Shown here piece by piece: positions 23,569 to 30,756 of a DNA stretch of 30,756 bases. The DNA is from a virus. Taxonomy: Duplodnaviria; Caudoviricetes. The stretch's first letter is position 1, and every line of letters starts with the position of its first letter. Under the pieces are notes generated by a model, which was not told the origin of the DNA, did no database searches, and saw nothing but the letters and a program-made list of their open reading frames with translations. The DNA is taken from the IMG/VR virus record IMGVR_UViG_3300025635_000114, positions 1 through 30,756 of that record; one strand, 5' to 3'. The translations under genes were made by a program, and so were the position numbers.

Positions 23569-26259
23569 ATGTCCAACTCGGTTCCGAGTACCGTCACGAC
23601 AAACATCGTTCCGGTTCAAGGTATTTTCCAGCCGGAACCGACGTTCGCGCTGGTGTCGCTGATCGGCCCCGCCGGGACGCCGTTCTACGCCAACATCGAC
23701 CCGAATCAGTCGGGGCTGACGATCACGAACAGCTCGTTTACGGGCGGCACGATTGACGACACGGTGATCGGCGGCACCACCCCCGCGGCGGGCACGTTCA
23801 CCAACATCATCGCCACGACGGGTCAAATTTTGACCCTGCCGACCGCTAACAGCGACATCGCCACCAAGGAATACGTCGATCTGTTGGCCGGTGCGCTCAA
23901 GGTCAAGGCGTCGTGTTTGTACGCCACGACCGGCAACATCACGCTGTCTGGCCTCGGCACGCAGGCGGGCGGTGAGTGGCTGTCATCGCTGACGGCGGGC
24001 GACCGCATCCTTGTCAAAGACCAGACCAGCAGCCAATACAACGGCATTTACGCCGCGAATTCTGGCGCATGGACGCGCACCACCGACATGGATGTATGGT
24101 CGGAAGTCCCCGGCGCGTATGTGTTTATCAGCGGCGGATTAGTCAACGGCAACAGTTCATGGGTCTGCATCGCGGGCCAGACCGGAACGATCAACGTCAC
24201 GGCGATGCCGTGGACGCAATACAGCGCGGTTGCATCGTATTCGGCGGGCAACGGCCTGCAACTGGTCGGCACGATTTTCTCGGTAAAGGCCAACGGCTCG
24301 ACCATCGACGTATCTTCGTCGGGCGTCAAAATTTCTGACACTTACGCTGGTCAAACGTCCATCACGACGCTTGGAACCATCGGCACGGGAACGTGGAACG
24401 GCAGCACCGTTGCCGTCCAGTACGGCGGAACGGGCGCGACGACGCTGACGGGTTACGTCAAGGGCAGCGGTACGTCGGCGCTCACGGCCTCCAGCACAAT
24501 CCCGAACACGGACATCACCGGCCTCGGCACGATGTCCACCCAGAATGCCAACGCCGTCGCCATCACCGACGGATCGGTGGCGGTCACGACGCTCAAGACG
24601 CTGGGGCTGACGGGCTACCTTTACGGCAACAACACGGGCGCGGTCACCGCCTCGACCACGATCCCGAACACCGCGATCACCGGCTTGGGCACGATGTCCA
24701 CGCAGAACGCGAACGCGGTGGCGATCACGGGCGGCACGGCGACCGGCCTCACTAACCTCGGCGCGGACTATCTCCAGTTCAACACGGGCGCGACCGTTAC
24801 GCCTGCCGTCGGCAAGATCTGGTGGGACGGCGGCACGACGATGGCCGTCGGCATGACCGCCAACGTCACGGCGGCGGTCGGCGAGACGCTGTATGTGTAC
24901 GTCAAGGCATCTGCCGCGATCACCAAGGGCAATGTGGTAGTGCAGGATGGCACGGTCGGAGCATCTGGCGTCCTCAAGGCCAAACCCTCCCCGACGGGCC
25001 TCACCGACGCCCAGAGCATTCTTGGCATCGCCGCCGAGAGCATCGCGCTTAACAGCTTCGGGCTTATCCAGACGCACGGCTATCTGACCGGCCTCAACAC
25101 GACGGGCACATCGGTCGGCGAGACATGGGCCGACGGCGACCCGATTTATTACAACCCGGCCTACGCGGGCGGCTTGACCAAGGTCAAACCCACGGCCCCA
25201 TACATCAAGCTGCCCATGGGCGAAGTCGTCAGCGCCGGGCCGGGTAGCAGCGGTTCTTTGATTATTCTTCTTGGCGCATCGTCGCAGTTGGGCGGCACGG
25301 ACTCCAACGTGCAATTCGGCACGCTGAACAACAACGATGTTATCGTCTACGACAGCACCGCTACCTACTGGAAAAACGTCGCACAATCGACGCTGGCGGT
25401 CGGTACGGCCACGAACCTTGCAGGCGGTGGCGCAGGACAAGTGCCGTATCAAACCGGCGCAGGCGCGACCTCCTTCACGGTAACGGGCACCGCCGGGCAA
25501 GTGCTGACCTCCAACGGGTCGGGCGCTCCAACGTGGTCAACTCCGGCGGCGGGCATCACCGTCTCGGACGACACGACCACGAACGCGACGCGCTATCCGT
25601 TGTTTGCGGCGACCACCACCGGCACGCTCACGACCGAATATGTCTCCTCGACCAAGTTCCAGTTCAACCCGTCCACGGGCGCGTTGACGGCGACTTCGTT
25701 TAGCGGCTCGGCCTCGGGCTTGACCAGCGTCCCGGCGGGCCAGCTCACCGGCACGATCCCGTCTGGCGTCCTTGGCAACAGCACGCTGTACGTCGGAACG
25801 ACCGCCATCGCCCTTAACCGTAGCAGCGCCTCGCAGTCGCTTACGGGCGTCGCCATTGATGGCGCGGCAGGTTCTGTGGCGAACTCTGTGACGTTCAACA
25901 ACGGCGGCGCAGGGTCAGCCAGCGGCGCGACCTTTAACGGCGCGTCGGCCATTACGGTGTCCTATAACACCGTCGGCGCGTCACCCCTCGCAGGCTCTGC
26001 CTCGCTGACTACGGTCGGCACGATCACCAGCGGCACATGGAACGGCAGCACGATTGGCGTCGGTTACGGCGGCACGGGATTGACCTCGACCCCGACCAAC
26101 GGCCAGCTCGACATCGGCAACGGCACGGGCTTTACCCGCACGACGTTGACCGCTGGCAGTAACGTCACCATCACCAACGGCGCGGGCAGTATTACAATCG
26201 CCTCTAGCGGAATATCCACCGGCAAATCTATCGCTATGGCGATGATCTTCGGGTTTTGA
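23569..26259 (+). CDS. Long Thr/Gly-rich fibre protein
   Basis: GDRILVKDQTSSQYNGIY domain, repeated GLGTMSTQNANAVAIT and GTWNGST-x4-YGGTG units, C-terminal STGKSIAMAMIFG. Confidence 0.8.
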   Translation: MSNSVPSTVTTNIVPVQGIFQPEPTFALVSLIGPAGTPFYANIDPNQSGLTITNSSFTGGTIDDTVIGGTTPAAGTFTNIIATTGQILTLPTANSDIATKEYVDLLAGALKVKASCLYATTGNITLSGLGTQAGGEWLSSLTAGDRILVKDQTSSQYNGIYAANSGAWTRTTDMDVWSEVPGAYVFISGGLVNGNSSWVCIAGQTGTINVTAMPWTQYSAVASYSAGNGLQLVGTIFSVKANGSTIDVSSSGVKISDTYAGQTSITTLGTIGTGTWNGSTVAVQYGGTGATTLTGYVKGSGTSALTASSTIPNTDITGLGTMSTQNANAVAITDGSVAVTTLKTLGLTGYLYGNNTGAVTASTTIPNTAITGLGTMSTQNANAVAITGGTATGLTNLGADYLQFNTGATVTPAVGKIWWDGGTTMAVGMTANVTAAVGETLYVYVKASAAITKGNVVVQDGTVGASGVLKAKPSPTGLTDAQSILGIAAESIALNSFGLIQTHGYLTGLNTTGTSVGETWADGDPIYYNPAYAGGLTKVKPTAPYIKLPMGEVVSAGPGSSGSLIILLGASSQLGGTDSNVQFGTLNNNDVIVYDSTATYWKNVAQSTLAVGTATNLAGGGAGQVPYQTGAGATSFTVTGTAGQVLTSNGSGAPTWSTPAAGITVSDDTTTNATRYPLFAATTTGTLTTEYVSSTKFQFNPSTGALTATSFSGSASGLTSVPAGQLTGTIPSGVLGNSTLYVGTTAIALNRSSASQSLTGVAIDGAAGSVANSVTFNNGGAGSASGATFNGASAITVSYNTVGASPLAGSASLTTVGTITSGTWNGSTIGVGYGGTGLTSTPTNGQLDIGNGTGFTRTTLTAGSNVTITNGAGSITIASSGISTGKSIAMAMIFGF
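24487..24729 (+). repeat. Internal duplicated fibre repeat (ASxTIPNTxITGLGTMSTQNANAVAIT x2)
   Basis: Two near-identical 27-aa units 162 nt apart with synonymous differences. Confidence 0.85.
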
Positions 26260-26268
26260 GGAAGGCAA

Positions 26269-26661
26269 ATGGCAAATCCAAACATTGTTAACGTCACAAC
26301 GATTTACGGAACGACGACGTATTACACGCCGACCGGTACCTCCGCTGTTGTGTTGCTGCCAAACGCCGCCTCAAGCGGCAAGGTGTTTAAGATCAACCAG
26401 CTCGTCGTTGCAAACACGACCGGCAGCGCGGCAAACGCCACGGTTTCGATCTACACCAACGGCGCGGTAGCCCAAGGCTCTGCGCCTGCTGGCGGCACGG
26501 CATATCCGGTGGTGTCCACGATCTCCGTCCCAGCAAACGCTTCGCTGGTGGCGGTGGATAAAACGACCGCGATTTACTTGATGGAAGGCACATCCATCAC
26601 GGTGACCTCTGGCACGGGTAGTGCGCTCACATATAGCGTCAGTTACGAAGATATTTCGTAA
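26269..26661 (+). CDS. Fibre-associated beta-sandwich protein
   Basis: MANPNIVNVTTIYG...ISVPANASL...YSVSYEDIS; directly follows the fibre gene. Confidence 0.7.
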   Translation: MANPNIVNVTTIYGTTTYYTPTGTSAVVLLPNAASSGKVFKINQLVVANTTGSAANATVSIYTNGAVAQGSAPAGGTAYPVVSTISVPANASLVAVDKTTAIYLMEGTSITVTSGTGSALTYSVSYEDIS

Positions 26662-26672
26662 GGAGCCGACGT

Positions 26673-28367
26673 ATGTCGCTCCGCTATAAGGGTTCAATCC
26701 TTTCGGCTACCGCCGCAACGTCTAGCACGACTGCGGCCTCTGGCTCTTGGACTCTGCAACAGCAGTTTCAAGCCATTGCCGCAGGTCTTTGGCCTTTGTC
26801 GCAATACACCATCATTGAGTCATTTCTTGCCTCTGGCACTTGGACGGCTCCGACCGGCGTAACCACCGTTGATTATTTAGTCGTTGCTGGTGGCGGCGGC
26901 GGTGGTTGGAGAACAGGCGGTGGTGGCGGAGCGGGTGGTTTCAGAACCGGCACAGCCTTATCCGTAACTGCCGGAACTGATTACACCATCACGGTTGGCG
27001 GCGGAGGGTCTGGAGCAACTAGTTTTGCAACCGGCGCATCGGGGTCTAATTCTGTATTTAGCACCATAACCAGCGCAGGCGGCGGTGGCGGTGGCAGTAC
27101 AAATACCGGCAACACCAATACAACAGCAGGAAATGGCGGTTCTGGCGGTGGCGGAGCAGTAAACAATTCTGCTGCTGGAGGCACGGGGAATACGCCTTCA
27201 ACGTCTCCGTCACAAGGCAGCAATGGTGGAGCGGGAGTCAGCGCACAAGGTTCTGGCGGCGGTGGCGGCGCATCGGCTGTTGGTGGCGCAGCAACATCTC
27301 CTGCAATTGGCGGCAATGGTGGCGCAGGAACTGCCTCTACAATTTCCGGCAGCAGCGTCACTTATGCCGGTGGTGGCGGTGGATGCGCGTCGCTTGTTAC
27401 GCCAAATACGCCGGGAACGGGCGGCACAGGAGGGGGCGGTAATGCTGCCCCTGCTAGTGGCGCATCAGCAGGCGTTGCTGGCACGGCCAACACAGGTGGC
27501 GGCGGCGGTGGTGGTGGAGACAACACAACTCCCGGCCCCGGCAACGGCGGCACCGGCGGTTCCGGCATTGTCATCCTGTCCTACAGCATGGCAATCGGCA
27601 CGCCGATCATTTTCAAAAGCACAGCAACGTGGACTGCACCGACTGGCGCAACGACGGTGGATTACCTTGTCGTCGGCGGGGGTGGGGGCGGTGGAAACGG
27701 CGGCGGCGGTGCCGGTGGATTTAGAACCGGAACGGCTTTAAGTGTTACGGCAGGAACGGCTTATGTTGTAACCGTTGGAGCCGGCGGCAATGGCGGTGTA
27801 AGCAACTCATCAGCCTCAACAAGTGGCAATTCGTCAACTTTTAGCACAATCACATCCGCTGGTGGCGGTCGCGGTGGAAATTGGGGCAATTCAGGCGCAA
27901 CCGTTGGAGCAACTGGCGGCGCAGGCGGTTCCGGCGGTGGCGGAACTGCTTATGGCGGTTCGCAGCCAGCCGGCGCTGGCAATACGCCAAGCACATCACC
28001 TTCGCAGGGCAGCGCCGGAGGTAATGGAATTGAAGTCCCTGGAAATTCAGCGGGAGGTGGTGGCGGCGGCGCATCTGCTGTGGGTGCTGCCGCAACATCT
28101 GGAGCAGGCGGTACGGGCGGTAATGGAACCGCATCAACTATTTCTGGATCATCTGTAACGTATGCGGGCGGCGGCGGCGGAGGCGGTCAAGCCGCTGCAC
28201 CATCAAACACTTACGCTAATGGCGGCTCTGGCGGTGGTGGCAATGCTTTGACTGCCGGGGGCGCTTCTGGATCAGTCAACACGGGCGGTGGTGGCGGCGG
28301 GGGGCAATATGCCTCTACTAGTGGCGGCGCAGGCGGCTCCGGCATCGTAATCATCAAGGTCAACTAA
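26673..28367 (+). CDS. Glycine-rich domain protein 1 (two Gly-rich modules)
   Basis: F-x3-GTWTAPTG...VDYLVVAGGGGGG...GGSGIV(I/L) module present twice; N-terminal ASGSWTL-x2-Q. Confidence 0.85.
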   Translation: MSLRYKGSILSATAATSSTTAASGSWTLQQQFQAIAAGLWPLSQYTIIESFLASGTWTAPTGVTTVDYLVVAGGGGGGWRTGGGGGAGGFRTGTALSVTAGTDYTITVGGGGSGATSFATGASGSNSVFSTITSAGGGGGGSTNTGNTNTTAGNGGSGGGGAVNNSAAGGTGNTPSTSPSQGSNGGAGVSAQGSGGGGGASAVGGAATSPAIGGNGGAGTASTISGSSVTYAGGGGGCASLVTPNTPGTGGTGGGGNAAPASGASAGVAGTANTGGGGGGGGDNTTPGPGNGGTGGSGIVILSYSMAIGTPIIFKSTATWTAPTGATTVDYLVVGGGGGGGNGGGGAGGFRTGTALSVTAGTAYVVTVGAGGNGGVSNSSASTSGNSSTFSTITSAGGGRGGNWGNSGATVGATGGAGGSGGGGTAYGGSQPAGAGNTPSTSPSQGSAGGNGIEVPGNSAGGGGGGASAVGAAATSGAGGTGGNGTASTISGSSVTYAGGGGGGGQAAAPSNTYANGGSGGGGNALTAGGASGSVNTGGGGGGGQYASTSGGAGGSGIVIIKVN

Positions 28368-29343
28368 TGTCTCAAAAATACATAGGCGGGTTCATCACCA
28401 AGTCGCCCGTTGCGCCGACGACCTCGGCTGCGAGCGGCATTTGGACGTTGAGCCAAGCCATGCAGTACATCAAGGCCGGGACATGGCCGTTGCCTAACTA
28501 CACCGTCATCGAGCAATTCCTTGCCAGCGGAACGTGGACTGCGCCTACGGGCGTGACTGCCGTTGATTATTTGGTTGTCGCGGGCGGTGGAAGCGGAACT
28601 GGTAATAGCGGCGGTGGCGGCGGTGCCGGAGGATTTAGAACTGGAACGGGATTTAGTGTAACGGCCGGAACTGATTACACAATTACCGTTGGAAGTGGCG
28701 GTGCAAATACCACGGGGTCTGGCCCTTCAACACAAGGCAACGACGGCAACAATTCCGTATTTAGCACTATTACAGCAACCGGCGGCGGTGGCGCGGGGCG
28801 GTATGCTGCAAACGGTAGAAACGGCGGTTCTGGAGGAGGGACAGCCGGAGGCGGCACGGCAGGCTCTGGAAATACTCCATCTACATCGCCAAGCCAAGGA
28901 AATAATGGCGCAACTGGCCCAACATCCGCCGCATACGGCGCAGGCGGCGGCGGTGGTGCATCAGCCGCAGGAACCGCAGGAACAACTACAAATGGTGGCG
29001 CAGGCGGTGCTGGAACTGCCTCAACTATTTCTGGCGCATCTGTCACCTATGCTGGTGGTGGCGGCGGTAGCATTAGTGATTCAACTACAAATTACGGAGC
29101 CGGTGGGTCTGGCGGTGGCGGTGCCGGAGGCAATAACGCTTCGCCTGTTGTTCCCGGCACGAATGGCACAGCCAATACCGGCGGCGGTGGCGGAGGAACA
29201 GGAACGTCAACTACGTCTGGAAATGGCGGCTCCGGCATCGTCATCGTCTCTTACGCAATGGCCTTTGGCACTCCGATCATCTTCAAAAGCACAGCAACGT
29301 GGACTGCACCGACTGGCGCAACGACGGTGGATTACCTTGTCGT
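27612..29343 (+). repeat. 62-bp exact direct repeat (27612-27673 and 29282-29343)
   Basis: TTCAAAAGCACAGCAACG...GATTACCTTGTCGT is identical in both genes; extends to 71 bp with one mismatch. Confidence 0.95.
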
Positions 29344-30055
29344 AGCGGGTGGCGGTGGTGGTGGTGAATATATTGGCGGCGGCGGCGGCGCAGGCGGGTT
29401 CCGCACCGGAACCGCTTTAAGCGTTACTGCCGGAACTAATTACACCGTAACCGTTGGCGGCGGCGGTACTGCTGGTTCTGGTGGTTCTGCAGGCAAAGGC
29501 GGTAATGGCAGCGATTCCGTATTTAGCACCATTACTAGCACAGGCGGCGGTGGTGGCGCAGGCCGACAAGGAACAGGTGGGGGTCTTATTGCGGCTGGAA
29601 ATGGCGGCTCTGGTGGTGGCGGACGAGGAAGCGGGGCCGCTTTTGGAACGGGGAATACCCCGTCTGTAAGTCCAAGCCAAGGGAATAATGGTGGCTCTGG
29701 AAATGTTGGCCCCGGCGGAGCGGGCGGCGGCGGTGGCGCAAACGCAGCCGGATCAAATTCTGGCCCAAGCGGGCAAGGCGGAAATGGAGCGGCAGGGACT
29801 GCTTCTTCAATTTCTGGCACATCAGTTACTTATGCTGGAGGAGGCGGAGGCGGGTCAACAACTCCAGCAACAACAGGCGGAACTGGTGGCGCTGGCGGTG
29901 GTGGTAATGGAACAACTGCAAGTTCTCCAGCAAGCAACGGCACTGCTGGCACAGCAAATACGGGCGGCGGCGGTGGTGGTGGTGCATGGACTGATGGCCC
30001 AAGCACTAATGGATTTGCAGGCGGCTCCGGTATTGTTATTTTGAAGGTGAACTAA
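28367..30055 (+). CDS. Glycine-rich domain protein 2 (paralogue)
   Basis: Same two-module architecture; ASGIWTL-x2-A; TAATG-coupled. Confidence 0.85.
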   Translation: MSQKYIGGFITKSPVAPTTSAASGIWTLSQAMQYIKAGTWPLPNYTVIEQFLASGTWTAPTGVTAVDYLVVAGGGSGTGNSGGGGGAGGFRTGTGFSVTAGTDYTITVGSGGANTTGSGPSTQGNDGNNSVFSTITATGGGGAGRYAANGRNGGSGGGTAGGGTAGSGNTPSTSPSQGNNGATGPTSAAYGAGGGGGASAAGTAGTTTNGGAGGAGTASTISGASVTYAGGGGGSISDSTTNYGAGGSGGGGAGGNNASPVVPGTNGTANTGGGGGGTGTSTTSGNGGSGIVIVSYAMAFGTPIIFKSTATWTAPTGATTVDYLVVAGGGGGGEYIGGGGGAGGFRTGTALSVTAGTNYTVTVGGGGTAGSGGSAGKGGNGSDSVFSTITSTGGGGGAGRQGTGGGLIAAGNGGSGGGGRGSGAAFGTGNTPSVSPSQGNNGGSGNVGPGGAGGGGGANAAGSNSGPSGQGGNGAAGTASSISGTSVTYAGGGGGGSTTPATTGGTGGAGGGGNGTTASSPASNGTAGTANTGGGGGGGAWTDGPSTNGFAGGSGIVILKVN

Positions 30056-30309
30056 TGAAGGCTTATCAACTTGTAGGCATCAACACGGCTATGCACTTGC
30101 TGCGCCCCGGCGCGAAGTGGGAAATTACGGGTGGCGTAGGGTTTACCCGTTGGGAAGATCCGCGCCCGCAACCCTCAATGGAAGAAGTCATGGAAACCAT
30201 TGAGAAGCTCAAAGCGTTTGAGGATTCCATCAACACGATCTTGTTGCCCGAGCAACAGGAGGCGATGGAAGCGCAAATGGAGCAAGTCGAACAGGCGATG
30301 AATTCGTGA
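30055..30309 (+). CDS. Fibre-associated small protein (XkdW / chaperone-like)
   Basis: AMHLLRPGAKWEI...WEDPRPQPSMEEV pattern, typical after fibre genes. Confidence 0.55.
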   Translation: MKAYQLVGINTAMHLLRPGAKWEITGGVGFTRWEDPRPQPSMEEVMETIEKLKAFEDSINTILLPEQQEAMEAQMEQVEQAMNS

Positions 30310-30756
30310 ACTTACACGGCATATTTCCGACGCCGGTCGCCAAGTTCACGCTCGGGCGCGACTTCACCGACGACGAAACCGCATTCGTCGCCGCGCAGCC
30401 CACGCACAAGAACATGGGCAACACGACCAGCAACGACCGTTATGTGTTGCGCCATGACACGATGGCCGACCTTATGGCATTTGTGCAGGCGTCGGTTGAT
30501 GAGTACGTCAAGGCGGTATATGCCCCCAAGGAGGCTGTATCGCTCCGCGTCACGCAGTCATGGCTGAATTACACCAAGCCCGGCGAATACCATCACAAAC
30601 ACGCGCATCCGAATTCGTTTGTTTCCGGCGTCCTGTATTTGAAGGCCGCAAAGGATCAAGACCGCATTTATTTTTACCGTGACGGCTACCAGCAGATAAA
30701 ATTGACCACGGATAACTGGAATCTATATAACTCGGAATCGTGGTGGTTTGAGGCCG
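30306..30756 (+). CDS. 2OG-Fe(II) oxygenase, TIGR02466-like, 3'-truncated
   Basis: Read from the sequence: GTG start, IFPTPV, TQSWLNYTKPGEYHHKHAHPNSFVSGVLY. Confidence 0.88.
   Translation, partial: MNLHGIFPTPVAKFTLGRDFTDDETAFVAAQPTHKNMGNTTSNDRYVLRHDTMADLMAFVQASVDEYVKAVYAPKEAVSLRVTQSWLNYTKPGEYHHKHAHPNSFVSGVLYLKAAKDQDRIYFYRDGYQQIKLTTDNWNLYNSESWWFEA

Larger units (their letters stand above)
1..26661. mobile_element. Tailed bacteriophage genome segment, P22-like virion module (phage sequence continues to the window end at 30756)
   Basis: TerS-TerL-portal-scaffold-coat synteny, ejection proteins, tailspike, lysis genes, ERF and Cro; no bacterial housekeeping genes or att/integrase in the window. 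Confidence 0.95.

Noticed and set aside
24157-25500. 447-aa Arg/Gly-rich minus-strand ORF
   Set aside because: Antisense shadow of the Thr-rich fibre gene
27612-29343. Repeat pair as a DGR template/variable region
   Set aside because: The copies are identical rather than differing at adenines, and no reverse transcriptase is in the window
26880-30030. GGCGGC/GGTGGC runs as a CRISPR array or VNTR
   Set aside because: They are glycine codons, with no constant repeat-spacer period
1-30756. Stop-codon reassignment
   Set aside because: Genes tile densely under the standard code, and TAA, TGA and TAG all end coupled or complete genes

Overview
Most of a tailed-phage genome with P22-like (podovirus) virion genes. 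No host genes, integrase or CI repressor are visible. From left to right: a 5'-truncated beta-helix tailspike, a GNAT/gp14-like gene, three ejection proteins and a lysis cassette with an M15 peptidase (all + strand). Next is a leftward early operon (small ORFs, ERF, SSB-like, NinB-like, wHTH, DUF1364) and a divergent promoter pair with a Cro-like gene. A ~390-nt densely base-paired region with a candidate antisense RNA follows, then a DNA methyltransferase, a replication protein that appears to lack the usual N-terminal initiator domain, and small nin-type genes. The late region holds a Dps/ferritin-like protein, GroES, several tiny basic proteins, TerS, TerL, portal, scaffold and coat, then a >7.5 kb island of fibre and glycine-rich genes ending in a 3'-truncated 2OG-Fe(II) oxygenase. 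The most interesting signal is 11509-13423: a structured RNA plus antisense RNA occupying the slot of a lambda O-type initiator and origin, which suggests an RNA-based (ColE1-like) replication or control module. All family calls come from motif recognition by eye; no searches or folding programs were run.
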